A stretch of DNA of 64,000 nucleotides from a virus (lineage: Duplodnaviria; Caudoviricetes), in the IMG/VR virus record IMGVR_UViG_3300010163_000009, positions 32,001-96,000 of that record, one strand, 5' to 3'. Within the stretch, counting starts at the first letter, position 1. Each line of letters begins with the position of its first letter. Positions 27,803-37,866 of the stretch are shown here, piece after piece. Below the pieces are notes generated by a model. It saw only the letters and a program-made list of their open reading frames with translations, made no database searches and was not told where the DNA came from. Both the position numbers and the translations under genes were made by a program.

Positions 27803-30330
27803 TGGCAGCACCGGTAAAACTGGGAAAATACCAAATACTGATAGCCCCGGATTCGAAGAAGGTTCAGGGTTTACGAACAGGTGATATTGTGCGTCGTCAA
27901 TATTTTGATGGTGCTAATATCATTTATTCGCTTATGTGTGTATTGTCGTATGGCACAACGAAGCGGTTCTACACAGAGGCGCAATACGATTCTAATGGAG
28001 AACCGATATTCAATCCAGACGGCACTATAGTTACTCAAAACGTTGAGAAAGATGTTCCTTATTTTATAGGCGCTCTCCTTGAAGGTGATGCTCCAAAGAC
28101 TAAAGAACTGCTTGATTTTGCCAGAATAACAAATCTTTTTGATGCTGACCGGTCTGGGGCACTGTATCTTACTGCATCTGACGATAATGCTCCTTTCATG
28201 GATATTATCGATGGGATTGGTCGCAATAAAAGCTTGTGCTGGCCGGAAAACATTGCCAGTGATGCTTTTGAAGATTCACATTCTCAGTATATTGTGAGAG
28301 GAAATGGTTTAACTCAACTTTACAAAGGTAGCGACGGTGATCATAATCGTATTGTTCGTTTGACTCGGAGTGAAACTTCTACAGGTTTTTGTGGGTTAAA
28401 CCAAGATTTTTATGAATTGGTTGCAGCACAGAAACGAGTACTTGTTTCCTATAAAGCAAGGGCTAATAAGGCTGTAATGGTTAATGCTGAAATTGGTTAT
28501 TCTGTTGGTGACGTAAAAGATGCAGAATGGACTGAAGATCTGGCTGAAGACTGGCATTATTATTTCCAGGCTATCAATGTTCTTAATTCAGGAAGACATC
28601 TTCGTACATTTAAACTCGATTTGCAAAATTTAGGTGTAAACGACTGGGTTGAGATCGCTGACTTTAACATTATATTGTTGGATAGCATTTCTAATTTTGG
28701 AGATGCCACTTCTATGCGTATAGGCAAGCTGGAAGGAGTTAATGACCCTGTATTTGGTACACTCACAGGTTATGGAGCTTATATTCAAAAACTGTATGCT
28801 TCACAGACTGCACATATATCCGGTACGCTGACTGCCGGAGATGAAAATGGATTTGCTTCCACATTTTATGCCGGTAAGATTCATCGTAATTGTTTTAGGA
28901 ACTCGTGTGATGTCAATTTTTTGAGTGACATTACAATTGATAATGATACGCTTTTGAATCCGACAGGCATGGGTAATGTGTACAAGACGATGAACTCCAG
29001 CGAATTGATTATGTTCGCTCAGAGCAGAAGTTGGCTAAATGACCATGCAAAAAAAAGGTATTGCTTTTCGTTATGGGGATATACCAAAAAGCCATGCCAG
29101 ATTGGGATTAAGCAGAACGGTAAAGTCGTTGGAACGATACAAATAGCATCAGATCAATGTCACGAATGGCGGCGGCTTCATGTATTCTTTGACTTGCTTA
29201 TACCGGAAAAATATACAGATGACCTATTGATAAGTCTAATACCGACATTCACCAGTTCTATATATCAATCAGTAGCTGGTAGTATCAACCCAGATGAACA
29301 GGTATTGTTTCTAACTGCACCTCAGTTAGAGTCTGGTGAATATTGTACACAATATCAGCCGACCGATGATATTCTGAATGAAACTAATGATTATGGCGCA
29401 TGGTTTGCCCGCGGTGGCATTGGAGGTACAATTCAGAACCCATTGCTTAGGTTGAATTACGATGGAACAGGAGCTATTGATACACGAACAAATTCGTTCA
29501 GGCTCAATCAAGACGGATCTGGTTATCTTGCTAATGAAAATATTAAATGGAATCCTGATGGAAAGGTCACATTCGGTAAAGATGTTACTTTGAATTGGGA
29601 TAATCTCTCCGATGACGCTCAAAATGAAATGGCAAACCGATATATGCGAATCCTTGGGCAAGACACTTTTACCATTATAGGTCAAGAAGATACAACTAAT
29701 GGTAAAACTTGTAGCCCGTCTTCAATTGTAATGACACTTGAAGAAGTTGGCTTTTCATCTGCATCCAGTCAACGTCAATGGTATTTGCAAGTCGGAGATG
29801 AATGGATAGCAATACCTGGAGCGAATGGAAAATCATTGGAGGTGTTTCCGGATTCTTGTTACTGGCTTGGATATGTAACAGATCCTCCTGAAACTGATGT
29901 TAATGGGAACCCGATTACTTATCATGGTGAGAGCAGAGTCTCTTTTCAGTGTGTTATCAAGTTAAATGATTCACGAACCTACACAGACACCTTCAACATT
30001 ATAAAACAATATGTTCAGGGATATACGGTACAGGTCACATCGTCTAAAGGGAATGCTTTTCAGAATGGAGTTTGCTCTACCGTTCTGACGGCCACTGTTT
30101 ATTATCAAGGACAGCCAGTAAATTTGGAGTATGCGTTGGAGCATTTTACGTTCACATGGCACCGATATAAAGATAATGACCTCACTACTGATCTTGGATT
30201 TGAAGACCTTGATGCTACCGATGGCGACAATGTGTTGACATTAAACTATGAGATGGACGGCACCGATGTCTTTGTGTGTGAGATTGGACTTGCAGACCAT
30301 TTCGATTATTCATTTCCTATAATTTTCTAA
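27802..30330 (+). CDS. Tail protein with two carbohydrate-binding-like jelly-roll segments
   Basis: ATG overlaps upstream TAA; VSYKARA...DWHYY and FSLWGY...EWRRLHV...APQLESG segments. Confidence 0.6.
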   Translation: MAAPVKLGKYQILIAPDSKKVQGLRTGDIVRRQYFDGANIIYSLMCVLSYGTTKRFYTEAQYDSNGEPIFNPDGTIVTQNVEKDVPYFIGALLEGDAPKTKELLDFARITNLFDADRSGALYLTASDDNAPFMDIIDGIGRNKSLCWPENIASDAFEDSHSQYIVRGNGLTQLYKGSDGDHNRIVRLTRSETSTGFCGLNQDFYELVAAQKRVLVSYKARANKAVMVNAEIGYSVGDVKDAEWTEDLAEDWHYYFQAINVLNSGRHLRTFKLDLQNLGVNDWVEIADFNIILLDSISNFGDATSMRIGKLEGVNDPVFGTLTGYGAYIQKLYASQTAHISGTLTAGDENGFASTFYAGKIHRNCFRNSCDVNFLSDITIDNDTLLNPTGMGNVYKTMNSSELIMFAQSRSWLNDHAKKRYCFSLWGYTKKPCQIGIKQNGKVVGTIQIASDQCHEWRRLHVFFDLLIPEKYTDDLLISLIPTFTSSIYQSVAGSINPDEQVLFLTAPQLESGEYCTQYQPTDDILNETNDYGAWFARGGIGGTIQNPLLRLNYDGTGAIDTRTNSFRLNQDGSGYLANENIKWNPDGKVTFGKDVTLNWDNLSDDAQNEMANRYMRILGQDTFTIIGQEDTTNGKTCSPSSIVMTLEEVGFSSASSQRQWYLQVGDEWIAIPGANGKSLEVFPDSCYWLGYVTDPPETDVNGNPITYHGESRVSFQCVIKLNDSRTYTDTFNIIKQYVQGYTVQVTSSKGNAFQNGVCSTVLTATVYYQGQPVNLEYALEHFTFTWHRYKDNDLTTDLGFEDLDATDGDNVLTLNYEMDGTDVFVCEIGLADHFDYSFPIIF

Positions 30331-30334
30331 CAAT

Positions 30335-30556
30335 ATGGCAATGGACAAACTTACTATAGGTACGAAGACCGCCAATCAAGGGGTCAATGCGAATGGAAAA
30401 TTAACAGCTGTTGAGTTCAATCAGTTGGTTTCCAAAGTAAACGAAATGATTGAGTCTCTAAATTCAAAGGTATATGTCTCTCAAGAAGAGTATGACGCAT
30501 TAGTAGCTAACAACCAAATAATTGATACAGTAGAATATAACGTGTACGAAGAATGA
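30335..30556 (+). CDS. Small tail-associated protein
   Basis: 73 aa; LTAVEFNQLV and VSQEEYDAL motifs. Confidence 0.6.
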   Translation: MAMDKLTIGTKTANQGVNANGKLTAVEFNQLVSKVNEMIESLNSKVYVSQEEYDALVANNQIIDTVEYNVYEE

Positions 30557-30726
30557 TTACAAAAAACAACATAGAGCTCACTGCCAGATATTATGGATTG
30601 AAAACCATATCAGCTGTTTATAGAGGAACAAGACTGATATGGGAGGCTATCAACAGTTGTTTTGGCAGTGGGTATTGGGTTCGAGAAAAAGCCTGGAGCA
30701 ATACTGACTCTTGGCGTAACAACTAA
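30553..30726 (+). CDS. Small 57-aa protein directly upstream of the DGR target (absent from ORF track)
   Basis: ATGA overlap with previous stop; MITKNNIELTARYYGLKTISAVYRGTRLIWEAINSCFGSGYWVREKAWSNTDSWRNN*. Confidence 0.75.
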   Translation: MITKNNIELTARYYGLKTISAVYRGTRLIWEAINSCFGSGYWVREKAWSNTDSWRNN

Positions 30727-30737
30727 TAAATACGAGT

Positions 30738-33700
30738 ATGGCAAAAAGAATTATTATCGACGATGACATCCCATCTATTGAAGTGCCTTGGGATGATGGA
30801 ACGCAAGCCTATAGCGGTAGAGCTGTAGAAAAGTTTATCAAAAGTCAATTGTCTTCAAAGATTGGCTATATAATCATTCCACAGACAAAAGACACTGATG
30901 GATATTACCATATTTGGGGATTCTCTGACCAAGCAGCCTATAATGACTATATGACCGACACTGATGCTAATGCTGCGCTTCGGTTATTGAATGTTGCAAT
31001 TCCCTTGCTTGAAGAACAAGGTGGAGTAAGCAATATCGTTAAACTAACCAGAATATCTTCAGGGTCACTTGTAACGAGCAAACCGATTGCAAGCGTGGAA
31101 GTATCTTATTTGTGGCAGCAATATAATCCAATCACTCAGGAAACTACGGATCAAGATGAAGATGCAACTATCGTGGTGTCTTGCCGTACACAAAATGCAA
31201 ACGGTGCGTGGGGGACTTGGGATTCCAGTAAAGAGTTCACTGTGAACATTCAGTCAGGGCAAACCAAGATCATAGACCTTAGCAAGCTGTTGACATCTGA
31301 TGCCACTTATCAAGTTCGTCTGATAGCAACAGGAGAGACGAGTGGCATTTCTGCCAGCCCGGTAACGATGACAATTATCTATTCCAATGTAGCCGTAAAT
31401 TATGAAGGGTCGATTGCAACTGCATACCAAGGTGCAAGCATCCAGTTGCCGTTCCGTATTTCAGGTAGTGTACAAAAACAGCTTCGTATAAAAATCAATG
31501 GATATACCAAGAATTATACACTTGGAACCACAACATATACGGATAATACTTATGGGGCTACTCTCACTCAGGCGGAGTTTACATTAACACGTGGAGCAGT
31601 TAAGGCAGAAGCATGGATTGCGTTTGGAGAAGGATATACTGCTGAAACGGAGCATCAGGAATTTCAGTTCATCTATATTCCAGAAGGAGATACTTCGATT
31701 ACTCCGATTTTGGCCGTTACAGATATTATGGAAGAGTTTCCAAACTGGACGCGTGCTACAATCTTTCGCTATGCCATTTACAATCCGGTAGATAGCGAAA
31801 CCCAGCTAAATATTACGTTACAAGACAGAGATTCTGGTCAAATATATATTCAAAAGAAGATTGTTTGTGTGAATGGTGAAGGATATGATTTCGATGAGAA
31901 TTTTTCTATGGAGTATGAAGGAGATGAACAGCCTAATGTTATCAATGCTCAGGCTGTATTTACCAATGCTGCCGGAGTAACGTTTGGTAATAACATTAAC
32001 TTTACAGTAGATAATTCAGAGAATTTCGCACCAACTAAAGGTGCGAATGTGGTGATTTCAGCAGAAAAGCAAACTATTGTCATTGACGGTGTTGAGTATG
32101 AGTTGAATGACCTCCTTTCTGATGCAAAAGATACAAATACCGGTTGGCTTAGTAACGTAGAAACAGACACGACCGGTGCGCAAGTAAATGTTCCTGTTCT
32201 TAGTATTGGTGCTGGAAACAGTCTTACGTTACCGTATGAGCTTTTTGATGAAAACACAGGTCATAATACCAATGGTGTTGAGGGGTCAATCACTATTGAG
32301 TTTGACATCAAGGTAAAAAACATTGTTGGAGATTCGCCAATCATTGATGCTTCTTCAGCTTTCAGTAACGCATATACCGGGTTAAAGTTCTATCCAACAC
32401 GTGTCGTATGTCTCAGCCGTAATAATTTTACAGAGGAAATTTGCGATGACCATTATCAGGAAGAAGTGCGTGAACATATTGCAATCAATATCATTCGCAA
32501 TCTTCGTGGAGAGGGTATGAACCTTGTTCGTATATACATCAATGGTAAGTCGAATCGCTCATTCATTTATACTGATGAAGATAGATTTGTCCCAATTGGA
32601 ACGAGTGGATCTCAGGAAATAGTAATCGGTTCGGATGAAGCAGATGTTGATATTTATGGTGTTCGTATATATAAAGGTCAGCAACTTGGTTCAACTCAGA
32701 TTCAGAATGATTATATGGCTGGAATGCCAACTATTGAAGATAAGAAACTATTCAAACGATTCAATTCTATCTTTAATGGTACAGAGATTGGTTACGATTT
32801 ATGTAATGCAATGGGACTTAACACCATTCTTCGCAGGATTCCAGAAGGAGGTCATTATCCTTCCCGTGAAAATCAGAGTAAACAGAAAGATGTAACCATA
32901 GATGTACGTATTTATACAGAACGTGGTAATGCTGAAAGTCTTGATACCAAGCATTCGGGTACTTTTACTGGCATGACAGATAAAGGTCAGGGTACTTCGG
33001 CAAAAGGTTATTATTGGTGGAATATTTCCGATGGTTTTGAAGACGATGAGGAAATATCTGCTGATGAATATAACGCAAATGACCCTACGCACTATACAGA
33101 AGAGGGAAAATATTATAAGAAAATATCGTATTTTAACTCGCTTGATGGCGTGAGTCAGGTATATGCCAGTGAGTATGAATTGGAAGATGGTCGTGGGGGG
33201 ATTACGAAACTTGTTGGCAAATGTAATTACGCTTCTCCTATGCAGAGTCACAAGCTCGGTGCTATTTGGGCTTATGATGAACTTTGGCAAGTACTTGTCA
33301 ACGATGGCAGTGATAGTCGCCCTGTACTGCAAGACACCCATGCCTGCTGCTACGAAAAACCATTTCTGTGTTTTTATCAAATTGGAAATGAGAATCCGGT
33401 ATTTTGTGGCTTTCAAACTTGGGGTAGCGGCAAAGGTGATAAAAAGACTTTTGGTTATGATAAGAAGAAAAGTCCTGGCTATCTGTGTATTTCTGGTGCT
33501 GATAATGGTGCAGTTGCAGCTCTTTATCAGATGCCGTGGAATGTCACCAAGAATGCTCAGGGGGCATGGGAGGGTAATATTTATCCTAAAAGTGTTACTA
33601 TTAATACTGGTGATGTAAAAAATGGTTACTGTTATAAAAGCGGTAGCAGTGACACTCTTTCATTTGAAGTTGAAATAGGACAAAAATATGATGGAGGTGA

Positions 33701-36700
33701 AACGGACAAAGGCGTACTTCGTATCGAGGATGAAGCTAAAGGAGAATCGGAAACTACTCTGTTTACTACTTTTGCGGAGTTCGCGAATTTCGTGTTTTCC
33801 TGTTCACCGCTTCTTAAACCCTATGCAGGTACTGAAGCTCAATTGATAGAGGACAGTGCCAATCTTGTACGAGATCACCAGTATTGGCTTTTCAATTCCG
33901 GCTCTGACCGGTATAATGTCTATTATTACAATCCGGAAACATCCAAGTTTGAGAAAATTATCAAGGTTCCCACAGCTTGGGGAAGTGACAACCGTGCATA
34001 CGCTTATGGCAGTCCAAAACTAACTGAACAGCTTGCCGGTGTAACCATTTCCATCGACACGGTTGGTGGAACACAGAATGTAACGTTGGAAGAGGCAATG
34101 GAAATTCTCGGCACTTCTGACATGGATGTTCTGAATGAGTGTTTCTGTAAGGCTCGTGTGGCATACTTCGTCAATCATGCAGACGCTTATCTTGACATCA
34201 AGGACATTATCTTTCATCAGACGTTCTTGAAGCTCGAAGCCGGGACCGACAACCGCACGAAAAATGTTTATCCATTTATCGACCCATCGGTTGACAAATT
34301 AGTGCGTTGGAAACAGGATGACCTTGACACTATCAAGAAGACCGATAATCAGGGACGTCAGACCAAGCCTTACTATGTACTGGAGCATACAAAGGATGCC
34401 AATGGCAGCAATTATTGGAATGGTGAGAACAATGTACTTTTCACACTGATAGAGCGAGCTTATCCAGACCGTATGCGAAATATGATGAGGGACATATTTA
34501 CCATGATGGCTCAGATTGCTGGAAGTGTCGAAAACTATATGCAACAGCGTTTCTATTGGGTTCAAGAGTATTTCCCCGCTGTAGCCTATAATGAAACGAG
34601 TCGCGTTCTTTACGAGGTTGCTCAGGTAAAATTGATGAATGGTCTTATTGATGTAAGCCAAGACCCTATAACCCAGGCTGTAGGCGATCAGTTGGAGTGC
34701 GAGAAACAATTTATGAATCAACGCCTCCCTATGTTGATGTCGTGGTGTGAGTATGAAACCGGAGGCGACGGTACACTTAGTTTCCGTTCCGTCAATACTG
34801 TTGGTGGAGCTGCTCCAACTTATGATATAGAATATACCGCCTATCAATACATCTATCCAAAATTGGCAATCGGTGGAAAACTCGCTTCGATTTATGCAAA
34901 AAAAGATGGAGAATGGATAGACCAAGGCAGTGACCCCTATCTTTGTGCTCCGGGGGAAACGGTACGTTTGGTCGCTGACACAGACTCAAACACTCAGTTT
35001 ACTATGCGTTGGATGCACTATGCTAAGGGCATTGGTAATCTCGGATCGTTACCTTGTGGTGAAGACGGTAATGTAAATATCACAGGGCGGCGTCTTCGTA
35101 AACTGGAATGTTGGTCTTCTGATGGCGTTCCGATCGAATTTCACCCAAAAGGTTTAGTGATTTCCAATTGTCGTAATTTGGAAGAAATAAACCTTACTAA
35201 CGCATCGGCGTTCTCTGGTACATTCTCGGCTGACCTCCCTCGATTGAAAAAACTTAGTTTGATGGGATCGTCTTATACGAGTGTAACGCTTCCTAAAACC
35301 TCAACATTGACAGAAGTGGAATTACCGACATCTGTCAATTCAATCTTGGTTGATGGTCAACCCAATCTTTCATCAATCTTGGTTGAAGGTATGGAAAACC
35401 TTCGTACATTCCAGGTTATTGGTACGCACAAAATTCAAAATCAGACACAATCGCTTATTCAACTTGCTTTTTCACAGGCGAAAAACCTTACTCTTGTACA
35501 GATTGAAGATGTGACGTGGACAGGTTTTGCTGTGGATGTTATGATGTGGTTACATAGTATAAAAGCCTCGCTGACAGGAACTATCAGCTTGACCGGAAAT
35601 TTGACATTTGACAATAAGCTTGCTTTGGCAGAAATTTATGGCAATATAGATGATACAAATAATGATTTATATATAAGTTATTCTAAACGTGCTATTAATA
35701 GTGTGTCTATTAATGGGGCGTCCTATATTAGTGAGACAGGGACATATAAGTATAACCTTGTTTGTTCCCCTTCTACTGGAAATGATGTGGCTTTGAAGGA
35801 TGGGCGACTGGCAATTGAGTGGTCGATTGACGATAGCGCCAAGACTTATAGCTCATTTATTGATGCTGTGAACGGTCAGTTGAAAGTAATTAAACTGGAT
35901 GAGAGCGGGACAGACATGCGTTATATTATCCAGTGCAATCTTACAAAAACAAGCGGTGCAGTTATGACTGCGGAGTATATGGTAGGTTTTTATCGTCGTA
36001 TTCCCAAAATAGGTGACTTTGCTTATGCAGACGGTACATTCGACGATCAGTTCTTGAAAGACAAAACTGTTGTTGGTATTGTCTACAAGATAGAAGAGAT
36101 GTGGCAAGGCGATAATGAATCGGAACCGACCATCTTTTCAGGTTATAATAAGCCAACCGAGTTGTTCAAACAAAATCGTCATTTGGTTGGCTACCAGATT
36201 AGAGTTGATGCCAAAGAGAATGTACCATTTAAGAGTACCGATGGTTTTATTAACACAGGAAGTACAGTTTGGGGGCTTTATTCTTCTACTGACAGCAACG
36301 GACATGGCGACATACAGACTGAAATCAGTGCTGCTACAGGTATCTCCTCTATTTTCGATTTGCCTGGGATTAGTAATATTACAAGTCGAGGTTGGTCAGG
36401 TGGCGTTGATGACAATTATCTGACTACTGGTAATTATCTTGACACGGACGAAGACGATGGCTTTAAAGATTGGAGTTCAGCTTCCGGCACTGTAACTGAT
36501 TGGCAAGGCAAACAGAAAACTCAAGCCATTATTCGTCACGCCAATCAAATTATCAATGCGTATCTGCTTTCTGATGAAAACGAGTCTGTATCTACATATT
36601 ATACTGATGAAAATGACGAGGGGCATGAGTTCTCTGAACTTCCAACTACTGTTGAAGAGTTGGCTAACGCTATGGAAATACTTCATAAAGCCAATAACAG

Positions 36701-37292
36701 TCTTACAAAGTATCAGCAGTTCCTTTATCCTGCTGCTTATGGGTGCTATCTATATCAGCCCCAAGTTAAGGAAGGTGAGACGCTTGATCCTCAGTATGCT
36801 ATTAATCAATGGTATCTTCCAGCTTGCGGAGAACTTTATCGTCAATATAGCTTCTTCGCTAAGTCGAGAACTGGTGGCATGGGAGAAACTTATACTGAAG
36901 GTCAAGGTACTTCCCCTGCAAGAAGTGTTATTGATGACATGATTCTTGCAGCTATCAATTCATCTGAGGACAATGAAATCAAAATGAATGTTTCTCCTTC
37001 ACATGTAGAGTATAGTGATTATACTGGATTGGAGTTAGCTGCAATCAACCGATATTTTCATTCTCTCGTAGAAGCAGAAAAACCTATTTATTCAATGATT
37101 TTATGGCGAGCCTTGGTTGCAAACGGTTCTGCACCGTTCACCCAGCACAGCACAGGCTACCACTGGTCATCCGCTGAGTACTCTGCCAACGGCTCGTGGT
37201 TCGTGTACTTCGTCAGTGGTAGTAGCTACGGCAATAGCAAGTACAGCACTTACGTGGTTCGCCCTGCTGTAGCCTATCAGTTTTTTCTTTAA
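30738..37292 (+). CDS. DGR target: giant tail-fibre/adhesin-like protein with C-terminal C-type-lectin-fold variable domain
   Basis: 2184 aa; LamG-like region, CotH-kinase-like region, LRR-like repeats, WYLPACGEL and YHWSSAEYSANGSW...VRPAV CLec-type end containing VR. Confidence 0.9.
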   Translation: MAKRIIIDDDIPSIEVPWDDGTQAYSGRAVEKFIKSQLSSKIGYIIIPQTKDTDGYYHIWGFSDQAAYNDYMTDTDANAALRLLNVAIPLLEEQGGVSNIVKLTRISSGSLVTSKPIASVEVSYLWQQYNPITQETTDQDEDATIVVSCRTQNANGAWGTWDSSKEFTVNIQSGQTKIIDLSKLLTSDATYQVRLIATGETSGISASPVTMTIIYSNVAVNYEGSIATAYQGASIQLPFRISGSVQKQLRIKINGYTKNYTLGTTTYTDNTYGATLTQAEFTLTRGAVKAEAWIAFGEGYTAETEHQEFQFIYIPEGDTSITPILAVTDIMEEFPNWTRATIFRYAIYNPVDSETQLNITLQDRDSGQIYIQKKIVCVNGEGYDFDENFSMEYEGDEQPNVINAQAVFTNAAGVTFGNNINFTVDNSENFAPTKGANVVISAEKQTIVIDGVEYELNDLLSDAKDTNTGWLSNVETDTTGAQVNVPVLSIGAGNSLTLPYELFDENTGHNTNGVEGSITIEFDIKVKNIVGDSPIIDASSAFSNAYTGLKFYPTRVVCLSRNNFTEEICDDHYQEEVREHIAINIIRNLRGEGMNLVRIYINGKSNRSFIYTDEDRFVPIGTSGSQEIVIGSDEADVDIYGVRIYKGQQLGSTQIQNDYMAGMPTIEDKKLFKRFNSIFNGTEIGYDLCNAMGLNTILRRIPEGGHYPSRENQSKQKDVTIDVRIYTERGNAESLDTKHSGTFTGMTDKGQGTSAKGYYWWNISDGFEDDEEISADEYNANDPTHYTEEGKYYKKISYFNSLDGVSQVYASEYELEDGRGGITKLVGKCNYASPMQSHKLGAIWAYDELWQVLVNDGSDSRPVLQDTHACCYEKPFLCFYQIGNENPVFCGFQTWGSGKGDKKTFGYDKKKSPGYLCISGADNGAVAALYQMPWNVTKNAQGAWEGNIYPKSVTINTGDVKNGYCYKSGSSDTLSFEVEIGQKYDGGETDKGVLRIEDEAKGESETTLFTTFAEFANFVFSCSPLLKPYAGTEAQLIEDSANLVRDHQYWLFNSGSDRYNVYYYNPETSKFEKIIKVPTAWGSDNRAYAYGSPKLTEQLAGVTISIDTVGGTQNVTLEEAMEILGTSDMDVLNECFCKARVAYFVNHADAYLDIKDIIFHQTFLKLEAGTDNRTKNVYPFIDPSVDKLVRWKQDDLDTIKKTDNQGRQTKPYYVLEHTKDANGSNYWNGENNVLFTLIERAYPDRMRNMMRDIFTMMAQIAGSVENYMQQRFYWVQEYFPAVAYNETSRVLYEVAQVKLMNGLIDVSQDPITQAVGDQLECEKQFMNQRLPMLMSWCEYETGGDGTLSFRSVNTVGGAAPTYDIEYTAYQYIYPKLAIGGKLASIYAKKDGEWIDQGSDPYLCAPGETVRLVADTDSNTQFTMRWMHYAKGIGNLGSLPCGEDGNVNITGRRLRKLECWSSDGVPIEFHPKGLVISNCRNLEEINLTNASAFSGTFSADLPRLKKLSLMGSSYTSVTLPKTSTLTEVELPTSVNSILVDGQPNLSSILVEGMENLRTFQVIGTHKIQNQTQSLIQLAFSQAKNLTLVQIEDVTWTGFAVDVMMWLHSIKASLTGTISLTGNLTFDNKLALAEIYGNIDDTNNDLYISYSKRAINSVSINGASYISETGTYKYNLVCSPSTGNDVALKDGRLAIEWSIDDSAKTYSSFIDAVNGQLKVIKLDESGTDMRYIIQCNLTKTSGAVMTAEYMVGFYRRIPKIGDFAYADGTFDDQFLKDKTVVGIVYKIEEMWQGDNESEPTIFSGYNKPTELFKQNRHLVGYQIRVDAKENVPFKSTDGFINTGSTVWGLYSSTDSNGHGDIQTEISAATGISSIFDLPGISNITSRGWSGGVDDNYLTTGNYLDTDEDDGFKDWSSASGTVTDWQGKQKTQAIIRHANQIINAYLLSDENESVSTYYTDENDEGHEFSELPTTVEELANAMEILHKANNSLTKYQQFLYPAAYGCYLYQPQVKEGETLDPQYAINQWYLPACGELYRQYSFFAKSRTGGMGETYTEGQGTSPARSVIDDMILAAINSSEDNEIKMNVSPSHVEYSDYTGLELAAINRYFHSLVEAEKPIYSMILWRALVANGSAPFTQHSTGYHWSSAEYSANGSWFVYFVSGSSYGNSKYSTYVVRPAVAYQFFL
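37146..37273 (+). repeat. DGR variable repeat (VR)
   Basis: 128 bp aligned to 37976-38103 without gaps; 15 mismatches, all opposite TR adenines (9 G, 5 T, 1 C). Confidence 0.97.
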
Positions 37293-37299
37293 TCTTTCT

Positions 37300-37324
37300 G
37301 GCGAGCTGCTTTAAGCAGCTCGCC
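37300..37324 (+). promoter_or_regulatory. DGR homing hairpin/cruciform downstream of VR
   Basis: 11-bp perfect stem GGCGAGCTGCT / AGCAGCTCGCC with 3-nt loop TTA, 8 bp after the target stop. Confidence 0.85.
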
Positions 37325-37350
37325 TATAACAGTTAAATAGTATTAAAATT

Positions 37351-37866
37351 ATGGATATAAACGGAAAAACAATGTCTTATAAGGAAGTTTGTGAATTATT
37401 TGATAACACAATTCCTGCCGAAACAGAAGATGCGGTAATACTTTCCAACGATGAGATAAATCGGGCTCGTCGCAATAAAAGAGAGATGCGTAAGAAAGCT
37501 ACTGGATTTCAGAATACACCAATTTACAGGTCGTTACACGCATCTATGCGACTTATCATAGAAATTGTACAACTGATGCCAAAGAAGTCGGTTAAGGTAT
37601 CTGACATCTTGCTCCAAAATTTTACTGAATTGATTCGTTGGTCTGCTGCGGCTTATAATCATCAAGACGATTTACTTAAACAAAATGCACTTGAAGAAGC
37701 TATATCTTTAATGAGTGTAGTTAAGATTACACTTAACTGTATGTCCAACCTCGTTAGCGAAACGAAGCACAAGCAGCTGATTGCGTCGTTTGACGCGGTG
37801 ATACGTCAACTTGTAGCATGGCGTGGCTCACTTATACAAAGCCAGGGTTCCGATGATGAAGCCTAA
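37351..37866 (+). CDS. avd: DGR accessory variability determinant (Avd-like four-helix bundle)
   Basis: 171-aa helical protein between VR and TR; TPIYR...MPK...IRQLVAWR pattern. Confidence 0.8.
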   Translation: MDINGKTMSYKEVCELFDNTIPAETEDAVILSNDEINRARRNKREMRKKATGFQNTPIYRSLHASMRLIIEIVQLMPKKSVKVSDILLQNFTELIRWSAAAYNHQDDLLKQNALEEAISLMSVVKITLNCMSNLVSETKHKQLIASFDAVIRQLVAWRGSLIQSQGSDDEA

